A DNA stretch of 64,000 bases from an uncultured Gemmiger sp. (GTDB lineage: Bacteria; Bacillota; Clostridia; Oscillospirales; Ruminococcaceae): contig CALWNO010000008.1 of NCBI GenBank assembly GCA_944382785.1, positions 851-64,850 on the forward strand. The letters run 5' to 3'. Position 1 is the stretch's first letter; each line of letters starts with the position of its first letter. The translations under genes and the position numbers were made by a program. Positions 1-9,228 of this stretch are shown piece after piece. The notes beneath the pieces are model-generated. The model was not told the DNA's origin. It made no database searches and was given only the letters and a program-made list of their open reading frames with translations.

Positions 1-2
1 GC

Positions 3-416
3 GGAGATACCTCCGCCTACTTTGCCGGTCGTGCTTTCGGCCGCCACAAGCTGGCTCCCGTCGTCAGTCCTCACAAAACGGTGGAGGGAGCTATCGGTGG
101 CGTTATTGGCAGCATGGCGGCAGGGGTGCTGGTCACCTTCCTTTACGGGATGCTATCCGGCCGCCTGCAGATGTTCACAGTCAACATCAACCCTCTGCAT
201 TATCTGGTGATTCTGGGACTGGGCGCCATTGCCTCGGTGCTGGGAATTCTGGGTGATTTGTTCGCTTCGGCGGTCAAGCGTCAGGTGGGCATCAAGGATT
301 ATGGTACCATCTTTCCCGGCCATGGCGGCATTCTGGACCGTTTCGACAGCGTGATGTTCATCGCGCCTTTCGTGTCCATCGCCGTGCGCCATTTCTTCTA
401 CCTTTCCGCTTTGTGA
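3..416 (+). CDS. cdsA: Phosphatidate cytidylyltransferase, 5'-truncated by the window edge
   Basis: Frame is open from position 3: GDTSAYFAGRAFGRHKLAPVVSPHKTVEG...IKDYGTIFPGHGGILDRFDS (CTP_transf_1 signature); precedes dxr as in the usual gene order. Confidence 0.95.
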   Translation, partial: GDTSAYFAGRAFGRHKLAPVVSPHKTVEGAIGGVIGSMAAGVLVTFLYGMLSGRLQMFTVNINPLHYLVILGLGAIASVLGILGDLFASAVKRQVGIKDYGTIFPGHGGILDRFDSVMFIAPFVSIAVRHFFYLSAL

Positions 417-435
417 TTGAACAGGAAGTGAATGT

Positions 436-1587
436 ATGAGTAAGACCATCACTCTGCTGGGCTCTACCGGGTCCATCGGCACCCAGAGCCTGGACGTTGC
501 CCGCATGCATGGGTATACCATTTTCGGCCTGGCGGTCCATTCCCGCATCGAAGTGCTGCAAAAGCAGATCGCCGAATTCCATCCCCGCTATGTGGCGGTG
601 GTGGACGAGGATGCCTGTGACCGTCTGGCGGCGGAACTGGCCGGTGTGCCGGATGCTCCGCAGCTCCTGAAAGGCGCCGAGGGCCTGCGCACCCTGGCGG
701 CCATGGACGGCCCGGATGTGGTGCTCAACGCTGTGGTGGGCATTGCGGGCCTGCCGGCCTCCCTGGCTGCCATCGAGAGTGGCCACGACCTGGCCCTGGC
801 CAACAAGGAGAGCCTGGTCACCGGCGGCCATCTGGTCACCGATGCGGTGCGCCGCAAGGGTGTGCGCCTGCTGCCGGTGGACAGTGAACACTCCGCCATT
901 TTCCAGTGTCTGCAGGACCAGCACTCGGCCAAGCGATTGACCAAGATTCTGCTCACCGCTTCCGGCGGTCCCTTCTTCGGGATGAAGCAGGACCAGCTGG
1001 CAGGCAAAAAGAAGGAGGACGCCCTCAAGCATCCCAACTGGAATATGGGCGCCAAGATCACCATTGATTCTGCCACCCTCATGAACAAGGGCCTGGAACT
1101 GATCGAGGCTGTCTGGCTCTTCGGTCTGCCTGAGGACAAAATTCAGATCGTGGTTCAGCGGGAGAGTGTGATTCATTCGGCGGTGCAGTTTGCGGATAAC
1201 TCGGTCATCGCCCAGATGGGGGTGCCGGATATGCGCATTCCCATCCAGTATGCCCTGACCTGGCCCGACCGGCTGCCCAGCCCGGTGCCGGAACTGGACT
1301 TCACGGCCCTCAAATCCCTAAGCTTTGATGTGGCGGATGAGGAGACCTTCCGCTGCCTGGCCGCCTGCAAGAAGGCCATCCGCAAGGGCGGTCTGGCTCC
1401 CTGCGCCGCCAACGGCGCCAACGAGGAAGCCGTGCGCCTGTTCCTGCAGGACAAGATCGGCTTTCTGGACATCGGGCGTCTGGTGGAAGGCATGGTGGAC
1501 AGCGACTCCTTCGGCGGGGACTACACTCTCCAGGATGTATATGACTGTGACGCCATGGCCCGGGCTTATGTCCGCGCTCATCTGTAA
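436..1587 (+). CDS. dxr: 1-deoxy-D-xylulose 5-phosphate reductoisomerase
   Basis: LLGSTGSIG NADPH motif, LALANKESLV, LPVDSEHSAIFQ, LTASGGPF, KITIDSATLMNKGLE. Confidence 0.98.
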   Translation: MSKTITLLGSTGSIGTQSLDVARMHGYTIFGLAVHSRIEVLQKQIAEFHPRYVAVVDEDACDRLAAELAGVPDAPQLLKGAEGLRTLAAMDGPDVVLNAVVGIAGLPASLAAIESGHDLALANKESLVTGGHLVTDAVRRKGVRLLPVDSEHSAIFQCLQDQHSAKRLTKILLTASGGPFFGMKQDQLAGKKKEDALKHPNWNMGAKITIDSATLMNKGLELIEAVWLFGLPEDKIQIVVQRESVIHSAVQFADNSVIAQMGVPDMRIPIQYALTWPDRLPSPVPELDFTALKSLSFDVADEETFRCLAACKKAIRKGGLAPCAANGANEEAVRLFLQDKIGFLDIGRLVEGMVDSDSFGGDYTLQDVYDCDAMARAYVRAHL

Positions 1588-1647
1588 AACCTTCCGGCAG
1601 TAGGGCAGGGGTGCCCGCCGTCCGGTAAAACTCAATCGAGGTGTTCA

Positions 1648-2763
1648 ATGACGATCGTCCTTCTCACCACCATTGCGGTAATCGTGGTTTTCGGTGTGGT
1701 TGTTCTGGTGCATGAGGCCGGCCACTTTCTGGCGGCCCGGCGTGTGGGGATGTGGGTTCAGGAATTTTCCATCGGTTTTGGTCCGGCCCTGTGGTCCCGG
1801 GTCAAAAACGGTACCCGGTACAGTATACGGCTGCTCCCGCTGGGGGGATATAACCTTCTGCCTGGGGAAACGCCGGAAGAGGAAGACAACGAGGCAGGGG
1901 AGGACGGTCTGTATCAACCCCATGCCTCCTATGACCGCCGTCGTCCCCTTCTGCCCGCGGCGGTGAAAAACAAGTTTTTTGATGAGGCTCCGCCCTCCCA
2001 TCGCTTTTTTGTGATCCTGTGCGGTGCCCTGATGAACTTTGTGCTGGGGTACTTTTTGCTGGTGGTTCTGCTTTGCGGCGAAAAGGCCATCACCAGCTGC
2101 ATGGTCTATGATTTTCTGGGGGATGCACCGGCCAGTCAGGCCAGCGGGTTGCAAGCCAAGGATGAGATCCTGGCCGTGAACGGGCATGTCTGTTTTGTGG
2201 CGGAAGATATCGTTTACGAACTGCAGCGCACGCCCGATTACACCGCCTCCATGACGGTACTGCGCAACGGCGAGATTGTCACCCTGCCCGCGGTGCATTT
2301 TGATTCCGCCACCGGGGAGGACGGCACCACCACCATGGTGCTGGATTTCCAGGTGTACGGCATTGCCAAATCTCCCCGCACGGTGGCATACTGGGCGGGA
2401 CGCTATTTCCTGTATTACGCCCGGGCCATTCTGCGCGGCTTTGTGGATATGGCCACCGGACGGGTGGGCATCAACCAGCTGTCCGGCCCGGTGGGGGTGG
2501 TCAGCGCGGTGAGCCAGGCTGTTCGCTACGGCTGGAAGGATGTGGTCAGTCTGGCGGCCCTGATCTCGGTGAACCTGGGCATCTTCAACCTGTTGCCCAT
2601 CCCGGGACTGGACGGCTTCAAATTGGTGTTTCTGGCGGTGGAATGCGTGTCCGGAAAAACCGTACCGGCGCGGGTGCAGGCAGTTTTTAACGCTGCAGGT
2701 GTTGTGGCGTTGCTGGCTTTGATGGTGTTGGTTACCTTCCAGGATATCACGAAATTTATATAA
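1648..2763 (+). CDS. rseP: RIP metalloprotease RseP (M50 family, PDZ domain)
   Basis: HEAGH zinc motif, FSIGFGP, NLLPIPGLDG; located between dxr and ispG. Confidence 0.95.
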   Translation: MTIVLLTTIAVIVVFGVVVLVHEAGHFLAARRVGMWVQEFSIGFGPALWSRVKNGTRYSIRLLPLGGYNLLPGETPEEEDNEAGEDGLYQPHASYDRRRPLLPAAVKNKFFDEAPPSHRFFVILCGALMNFVLGYFLLVVLLCGEKAITSCMVYDFLGDAPASQASGLQAKDEILAVNGHVCFVAEDIVYELQRTPDYTASMTVLRNGEIVTLPAVHFDSATGEDGTTTMVLDFQVYGIAKSPRTVAYWAGRYFLYYARAILRGFVDMATGRVGINQLSGPVGVVSAVSQAVRYGWKDVVSLAALISVNLGIFNLLPIPGLDGFKLVFLAVECVSGKTVPARVQAVFNAAGVVALLALMVLVTFQDITKFI

Positions 2764-2776
2764 GGAGTGTCTTTGT

Positions 2777-3826
2777 ATGCGCCAGCTCAAACGAACGGTC
2801 AAGATCGGCAATGTCACCATTGGCGGCAACAACCCCATCGCGGTGCAGACCATGCTCAACGTTCCGGTGGAGGATATCGCCGGCAACGTAGCTCAGGCCC
2901 GCCGCGTGGCCGAAGCCGGCTGCCAGATCGTGCGGGTCACCGTACCCACCCCCAAGGATGCCGCGGTGGTTTCCGCCATCAAGGAAGCGGTGGACATCCC
3001 GGTGGTGGCAGACATCCACTTTGACTACAAGGCCGCCCTGGCCGCATTGGATGCCGGCGCCGACAAGATCCGCATCAACCCCGGCAACATCGGGGACGAC
3101 GACCGTGTCAAGGCGGTGGCCGATGCCTGCAACGCCAAAAACGTGCCCATCCGCATCGGCGTCAACGGCGGCAGCCTGGAAAAGCATATCCTGGCCAAGT
3201 ACGGCGCCCCGGTGCCGGAGGCCATGGTGGAAAGCGCCATGTACCATGTGCAGCTGTTGGAAAAGCATGATTTCAACAATATCGTCATCTCCATCAAGTC
3301 CTCCAACGTGCCCCGCATGATGGCGGCCTACCGGATGCTCAGCGCCAAGACCGATTACCCCCTGCATGTGGGTGTGACCGAGGCCGGCGGCAACCGCATG
3401 GGCCTGATCAAGTCGGGTATGGGCATCGGCGGCCTGCTGCTGGAGGGCATCGGCGACACCCTGCGTGTCTCTTTGACCGATACGCCGGAAAATGAAGTCC
3501 TGGCCGGGTATGATATCCTGCGGGCGGTGGGCTATGCGGTGGCTGGCCCTGAAATCATCAGCTGCCCCACCTGCGGCCGTACCCAGTATCCCATGATGGA
3601 GATTGCCCGCCAGGTGGAGGACCGCCTGCGGGCGGACGGCTTCAAGAAGCCCATCAAGATCGCCATTATGGGCTGCATCGTCAACGGCCCCGGCGAGGCT
3701 TCCGACGCCGATATCGGCATTGCCGGCGGCAAGGACTGCGCTTTGCTGTTCATCCGCGGCGAAAAGGTCCGGATGCTTAAGGATAACATCGTGGACCAAT
3801 TCGTGGACGAGATCTATAAACTGTAA
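2777..3826 (+). CDS. ispG: (E)-4-hydroxy-3-methylbut-2-enyl diphosphate synthase
   Basis: PVVADIHFDY, KIRINPGNIG, RIGVNGGSL, CPTCGR and MGCIVNGPGEA [4Fe-4S] cysteines. Confidence 0.98.
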   Translation: MRQLKRTVKIGNVTIGGNNPIAVQTMLNVPVEDIAGNVAQARRVAEAGCQIVRVTVPTPKDAAVVSAIKEAVDIPVVADIHFDYKAALAALDAGADKIRINPGNIGDDDRVKAVADACNAKNVPIRIGVNGGSLEKHILAKYGAPVPEAMVESAMYHVQLLEKHDFNNIVISIKSSNVPRMMAAYRMLSAKTDYPLHVGVTEAGGNRMGLIKSGMGIGGLLLEGIGDTLRVSLTDTPENEVLAGYDILRAVGYAVAGPEIISCPTCGRTQYPMMEIARQVEDRLRADGFKKPIKIAIMGCIVNGPGEASDADIGIAGGKDCALLFIRGEKVRMLKDNIVDQFVDEIYKL

Positions 3827-3851
3827 ATGTCTACGCGGAGGAAAGACCCCC

Positions 3852-4094
3852 ATGGACCTGCTGCAATTTTTCGTTGATCTGCTGGTGGTCACCTGTCCGC
3901 GCTTTGCCGCAGTGCTGCTGGTGTTGGCCACAGCACTGTTCGGCTTTTGTGCCTACGTTTTCTTTGATACGGCACAGTGGGCGGGCGGCATTGTTTTTCT
4001 GGTGCTGGCCGTGGCCGCGGCGGCACTTTTTCTCTGGATGCTTTGCAGCGGAGAATTCTGCCGCCGTTCCGAAAGAAAACGCCCCAGACGCTGA
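3852..4094 (+). CDS. Small (80 aa) hypothetical membrane protein
   Basis: GGAGG upstream of ATG 3852; two hydrophobic segments and a basic tail (RRSERKRPRR); fills the ispG-polC gap. Confidence 0.6.
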   Translation: MDLLQFFVDLLVVTCPRFAAVLLVLATALFGFCAYVFFDTAQWAGGIVFLVLAVAAAALFLWMLCSGEFCRRSERKRPRR

Positions 4095-4143
4095 CCGCCG
4101 CCGTTTGTTGTTTCCCACAAGACCCGGAAAAAAAGGAGAAGCC

Positions 4144-7100
4144 TTGAAACCTTTTGTTACTCAGGTCTGGCCGCAGTTCACGGCCGACGCCCAGTTCAAC
4201 GCCTGCTTCACCGGCGTGGTGGTGGAAAAAGTGGAACTGTTCCGCACCTCCCGCAAGGTGGTCATCAGCCTGCGCAGTGCCGAACCCCTGGACCGGGATC
4301 TCTGCGCCCGGCTGCTGGCCTCCCTGGAACCGGTGTTTGCCGGGTATGAGCTGGCCTTGCGCAACTACTTCAATTACAATGCCATCACCCCGGATTCGGT
4401 GGCCCTGCTCATTGAGGAACTCAAACAGCAGGGGATGCCGGTGAACGGCTTTCTGGATAAAAGCCAGCCGGTGGCCTTTGAGCCGGACGGACTGACCGTG
4501 CGGGTGAATGCAGGCCGCACCATTCTGGAAAGTGTGGAGTTGCCCCGCCGTCTGGCTGAGCTGATCCAGGAACGCACCGGCTCACTGCCTGTGGTGCGTC
4601 TGAAGGACGTGGCCGCCCAGCTCAACGCCGAGGACCTGGAACGCCGCGTGGCCGAAAAGACCCCCGCTGTGCAGTTCAAGGCCAAGGAGGAAGTGGCGCC
4701 CTTCACCATCGACGGTCTGGCGCTGGCTCCCAAGGCGCCCAAGCTCTTCCATGGCAAACCCTTCAAGCCCGCCGACCTGCGCCCCCTCAACGATCTGGGC
4801 GACGGCGGCAAGGTTACTGTGTGGGGCGATGTCTTCGCCACTGAGGTCAAAGGCAACCGCCGCAAGATCTATTTTACCTCCATCACCGACTACAACGGCT
4901 CTATCAACCTCAAGGTATTGGGGGATGACGGGGAAGACATGTCCAAGTGGGAGGGCCTCAAGCCCGGCACCACCCTTATTGTGCGGGGCAACTATACCTA
5001 CGATAAGTACGAGCGGGATTACGTCCTGCTGCCCTACGACGTCTTGCAGGTGGAGCGGGAACCCCGCCAGGATACCGCCCCCGAAGGCCACAAGCGGGTG
5101 GAGCTGCACCTGCACACCAAGTCCAGCTCCATGGACGGCTTCTGTGACCCAGGCAAAATCGTCCGTCTGGCCCACCGTATGGGCCACCGGGCCATAGCCA
5201 TCACCGACCACGGCGTCTGCCAGGGCTATCCGGAAGCCATGCTGGCCGCCGACGACATCCACGGCTCCGATCCCAACTTCAAGCTGATCTACGGGTGTGA
5301 AGCCTACTTTGTGGACGATATGATCCCCACCGTCTACGGAAAGGTCAAAATGCCTCTCACCGGCAGCTTTGTGGTCTTTGATACCGAAACCACCGGCCTT
5401 GATACAAACAATGACATCATGACCGAAATCGGCGCCGTCTACGTGGAAAACGGCAAGATCAACGAGGAAAAGAGCTTCGGTACCTTCGTCAATCCCGGCC
5501 GCCCCATTCCCGCCAAGGTGGTGGAGCTCACCGGCATCAACGACGCTATGGTGGCGGATGCTCCTACCCCTGACGAGGCCATCCGCCGCTTCAAGGAATT
5601 CTGCGGGGACAACATCGTCATTGCCCACAACGCCAGCAGCTTTGATATGCTCATTCTCCACCGGGCGGCCGAGCGGGCGGGCATTACCTTCAATAACCCC
5701 TATATCGACACCGTGCCCATGGCGCAGGCGCTGTTCCCGGGCCTGCGCAATTATAAGCTGGACACCATCAACAAGCACCTGGAGATCCCGCCCTTCAACC
5801 ACCATCGTGCAGTAGACGACGCCATGGCCCTGGCCCGTATCTTTGAAAAGATGCTGGAGGACCTGGACGAAAAGGAAATCTACAATGTAGAGGACATCAA
5901 CACCGGGCTGGGCGGCAACAAAGAGGTGTTGAAGAAAAAATACTACCACCTGATCATCTGGGTCAAAAACCAGACCGGGCTGAAGAACCTCTACCGCATT
6001 GTCAGCGCGGCCCACACCAAGTATTTCTTCAAGAAACCCCGTGTACCCCGCAGCCTTCTCAACCAGTACCGGGAAGGGCTGATCCTTTCCTCCGCCTGTG
6101 AGGCAGGGGAGCTCTACCGTGCCATTGTGGCCGGCCGCAGCCACGAAGATCTGCTGCGCATCGCCGATTATTACGACGTGCTGGAGATTCAGCCTCTGGG
6201 CAACAACGAATTCATGGTCCGCAACGGCCAGGTGGATTCCATTGAGGTGGTCAAGAACTTCAACCGCACTGTCATTGCCCTGGCCGATGAACTGCACAAG
6301 CCGGTGGTGGCCACCGGGGACGTGCATTTCCAGGAACCGGAGGACGCCACCTACCGCGCCATTCTGCAGGCGGGCAACGGATTCAAGGATGCGGACAACC
6401 AGGCGCCGCTGTTCTACCGCACCACCCAGGATATGCTGGAAGAGTTCAGCTACCTGGGCCAGGACAAGGCCTATGAGGTGGTGGTCACCAACCCCAACAA
6501 GATTGCTGCCACCATCGACGGCAACCTGCGGGCGATCCCCAAGGGCACCTACCCGCCTTCCATCAAGGGGGCCGAGGAGCAGCTGCGCTCTGGTACCTGG
6601 GAACATGCCCGGAAAGACTATGGCAGCCCGCTGCCTGACATCCTGCAAAAGCGGCTGAAAAAGGAGCTGGATTCCATCTGCGGCCACGGCTACGCCGTTC
6701 TGTATGTCATTGCCGTCAAGCTGGTGGCCTTCTCCAACGCAGGTGGCTACCAGGTGGGCAGCCGTGGTTCCGTCGGCTCCTCCGCTGTGGCCCACTTTGC
6801 GGGCATTTCGGAAGTCAACAGCATGCCGCCCCATTATCTGTGCCCCGAGTGCCAGCACAGTGAGTGGATCGACGACGGCCACACCATGGACGGCTTCGAC
6901 CTGCCGGACAAAAAGTGCCCGGTCTGTGGCACCCCCATGATTATGGAAGGTCATGATATTCCCTTTGAAACCTTCCTGGGATTCTACGGCGACAAGGAAC
7001 CGGATATCGACCTGAACTTCTCCGGCATGTACCAGTCCAACGTCCACCGCTATACCGAGGAACTCTTCGGTAAGGAAAACGTGTTCAAGGCGGGTACGGT

Positions 7101-8451
7101 TTCCGGTCTGCAGGACAAGACCGCCTACGGCTATGTGAAAAAGTACCTGGAAGAGCGGGGCCGCACCGTCAACCGTGCGGAGGAGAACCGTCTGTGCATC
7201 GGCTGTACCGGCGTCAAGCGCACCACCGGCCAGCACCCCGGCGGCATGGTCGTTGTGCCTGATACCTTTGATATCTACGACTTCTGCGCCATCCAGCACC
7301 CGGCGGACGACGTGAAGGGCGGCCTGCTGACCACTCACTTTGAATTCAAATACCTCCACGACACCCTGCTCAAACTGGACGAGCTGGGCCACGATGTGCC
7401 CACCTTCTATAAGTTCTTTGAGGAGTATTCCGGCATTCCCATCAACTCGGTGCCTATGAACGACCCCAAGGTGTACAGCCTGCTCACCTCCACCGAGGCA
7501 TTGGGCGTCACTCCGGAGCAGATCGGCAGCCAGACCGGCACCTTCGGTATCCCGGAAATGGGTACCAACTTCGTGCGCCAGATGCTGCTGGATGCCCAGC
7601 CCAAGAACTTCTCCGAGCTGATCCAGATTTCCGGTCTGTCCCACGGCACTGACGTCTGGACTAACAACGCAGACGAGCTCATCCGCTCCAAGACCTGTAC
7701 CATCGCCGAGGTCATCGGCTGCCGTGACAGTATCATGCTGTACCTGCTGCGCAAGGGCCTGGAACCCAAGATGTCCTTTGATATTATGGAGGCCGTGCGT
7801 AAAGGCAAGGTGGCCAAGGGCGGCTTCAAGCCCGGCTGGGAGGAAGCCATGCGGGAGCACGATGTGCCCGACTGGTACATCGAATCCTGCCGCAAGATCA
7901 AGTATATGTTCCCCAAGGCCCACGCCGTGGCCTACCTTATGGCGGCCATTCGTCTGATGTGGTTCAAGGTCTACCATCCGGCCATCTTCTACGCGGTCTA
8001 CTTCACCGTCCGCGGTGCCGATATCGACTACGAAGCCGCGGTGGGCGGTGTCCGTGTGGCCAAAGAGCACCTGCGGGACAACGAGCGCATCCCCAAGGAC
8101 GAACGTACCGCCAAAGACGACGACGCCTTAGTCAGTCTGCAGCTGGTCAACGAGATGCTGCAGCGGGGCTGTCAGTTCCTGCCCATCGAGCTGGGCAAGA
8201 GCTACGCCAGCAAGTATATTGTGGAGGACGGCAAGGTCCGTCTGCCCTTTACCTCCTTGAAAGGCCTGGGCGAAAGCGCCGCTATTGCCTTGGAGCAGGC
8301 CACCATTCACGGGGAAGAGTATATCTCCATCGAGGAACTGCAGCAGGCTTCCGGTGTGGCCCAGTCCATCCTGGACAAGCTGCGGGATGTGGGCGCCCTG
8401 GGCAACCTGCCCGAAACCAGCCAGGTGGACTTCTTCAGCATGATGAGCTGA
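4144..8451 (+). CDS. polC: DNA polymerase III PolC-type
   Basis: Start inferred at TTG 4144 after AAGGAG; PHP motif VELHLHT, embedded exonuclease VVFDTETTG, CxxC zinc finger, GSRGSVGSS, PDIDLNF. Confidence 0.97.
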   Translation: MKPFVTQVWPQFTADAQFNACFTGVVVEKVELFRTSRKVVISLRSAEPLDRDLCARLLASLEPVFAGYELALRNYFNYNAITPDSVALLIEELKQQGMPVNGFLDKSQPVAFEPDGLTVRVNAGRTILESVELPRRLAELIQERTGSLPVVRLKDVAAQLNAEDLERRVAEKTPAVQFKAKEEVAPFTIDGLALAPKAPKLFHGKPFKPADLRPLNDLGDGGKVTVWGDVFATEVKGNRRKIYFTSITDYNGSINLKVLGDDGEDMSKWEGLKPGTTLIVRGNYTYDKYERDYVLLPYDVLQVEREPRQDTAPEGHKRVELHLHTKSSSMDGFCDPGKIVRLAHRMGHRAIAITDHGVCQGYPEAMLAADDIHGSDPNFKLIYGCEAYFVDDMIPTVYGKVKMPLTGSFVVFDTETTGLDTNNDIMTEIGAVYVENGKINEEKSFGTFVNPGRPIPAKVVELTGINDAMVADAPTPDEAIRRFKEFCGDNIVIAHNASSFDMLILHRAAERAGITFNNPYIDTVPMAQALFPGLRNYKLDTINKHLEIPPFNHHRAVDDAMALARIFEKMLEDLDEKEIYNVEDINTGLGGNKEVLKKKYYHLIIWVKNQTGLKNLYRIVSAAHTKYFFKKPRVPRSLLNQYREGLILSSACEAGELYRAIVAGRSHEDLLRIADYYDVLEIQPLGNNEFMVRNGQVDSIEVVKNFNRTVIALADELHKPVVATGDVHFQEPEDATYRAILQAGNGFKDADNQAPLFYRTTQDMLEEFSYLGQDKAYEVVVTNPNKIAATIDGNLRAIPKGTYPPSIKGAEEQLRSGTWEHARKDYGSPLPDILQKRLKKELDSICGHGYAVLYVIAVKLVAFSNAGGYQVGSRGSVGSSAVAHFAGISEVNSMPPHYLCPECQHSEWIDDGHTMDGFDLPDKKCPVCGTPMIMEGHDIPFETFLGFYGDKEPDIDLNFSGMYQSNVHRYTEELFGKENVFKAGTVSGLQDKTAYGYVKKYLEERGRTVNRAEENRLCIGCTGVKRTTGQHPGGMVVVPDTFDIYDFCAIQHPADDVKGGLLTTHFEFKYLHDTLLKLDELGHDVPTFYKFFEEYSGIPINSVPMNDPKVYSLLTSTEALGVTPEQIGSQTGTFGIPEMGTNFVRQMLLDAQPKNFSELIQISGLSHGTDVWTNNADELIRSKTCTIAEVIGCRDSIMLYLLRKGLEPKMSFDIMEAVRKGKVAKGGFKPGWEEAMREHDVPDWYIESCRKIKYMFPKAHAVAYLMAAIRLMWFKVYHPAIFYAVYFTVRGADIDYEAAVGGVRVAKEHLRDNERIPKDERTAKDDDALVSLQLVNEMLQRGCQFLPIELGKSYASKYIVEDGKVRLPFTSLKGLGESAAIALEQATIHGEEYISIEELQQASGVAQSILDKLRDVGALGNLPETSQVDFFSMMS

Positions 8452-8476
8452 GAGCTTTCCCCTAACCACTAACCAG

Positions 8477-8514
8477 AACGTCCTTTCACCGTCATGGTGG
8501 AAGGACGTTTTTTT
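8477..8514 (+). terminator. Intrinsic terminator after polC
   Basis: AACGTCCTTTCACC-gtcat-GGTGGAAGGACGTT stem followed by a T run. Confidence 0.85.
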
Positions 8515-8602
8515 GTGCCACAAATAGAAAGCGTACTTAACATTTTGTCCCTGTACGAAATACTGAAATCACAGAAATGGAAAGCAAACTTTCCAAAAGG
8601 AG

Positions 8603-8815
8603 GTGCCGGCTCTGAAAAACCGATTGGAAGAACTGCGCAAACAACGGGGGATCCGGCAGGAGGAACTGGCCGAAGCCCTGGAGGTCTCCCGCCAGACCAT
8701 CGGCTCGCCGGAAAACGGACGGTACAATCCGTCCATCCGGCTGGCGTTCAAAATCTCCCGCTATTTCGGTCTGCCTATTGAGGAGATTTTCCTGTATGAG
8801 GAAGATCCCGACTGA
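8603..8815 (+). CDS. XRE/Cro-family HTH regulator, possibly decaying
   Basis: LKNRLEELRK..IRQEELAEALEVSRQTIGS.ENGRYNPSIRLAFKI; the SD AAGGAGGT is best spaced to CTG 8612 rather than GTG 8603. Confidence 0.8.
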   Translation: MPALKNRLEELRKQRGIRQEELAEALEVSRQTIGSPENGRYNPSIRLAFKISRYFGLPIEEIFLYEEDPD

Positions 8816-8837
8816 CAGGAAAAAGGAGGTATTTTTC

Positions 8838-9110
8838 ATGAGATCCAAATCAAAAGAAATGGCGTTTGTGGTGGTCGGTCTGCTGTTGGCTGCGGTGGGG
8901 CTGGTCATGCTGAGATGGATGCCGGAAGCCTGGAGCGGCCCGCTACCCTACCTCTGCCTGGGGGTGGGGGCCGGTGCTTTTGGCTGGGGGAGTGGAGAAC
9001 TGCAGGAACAGACCCTCGCGACAGACCGGCAAAAGAATGCGCTTCGACTACAGAAAGGCTTTCGCTTCCCGCGACAAAAAACAATGGCAATAAGGGCACT
9101 ATGGAGATAG
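8838..9110 (+). pseudogene. Probably truncated membrane protein partnering the XRE regulator
   Basis: Strong SD AAGGAGGT; two TM-like segments (LPYLCLGVGAGAFGWG), then an abrupt switch to a hydrophilic, non-gene-like tail. Confidence 0.5.
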
Positions 9111-9136
9111 AAACAAAAATAATTTTTGCAGCCTGC

Positions 9137-9164
9137 TTGATTTTCCCTCTGATTATAGTATAAT
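9137..9164 (+). promoter_or_regulatory. Sigma-A-type promoter of the MATE gene
   Basis: TTGATT-16-TATAAT. Confidence 0.6.
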
Positions 9165-9228
9165 AATCACCACGTTCCGGCGCGGCTTCGGCCGCGCTTT
9201 GACTTTTTGGGTGATAGGGGAAAGGACT

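Noticed and set aside
3874-4143. N-terminal 90 aa of the polC ORF as called in the track
   Set aside because: Overlaps the small membrane ORF; the SD-supported TTG at 4144 gives a normal PolC length
4582-8070. 1162-aa minus-strand ORF, and similar long antisense ORFs (21029-24682, 38015-40483, 41543-44023, 58364-60676)
   Set aside because: Shadow frames of well-supported genes in GC-rich DNA; no recognisable motifs or SD sites
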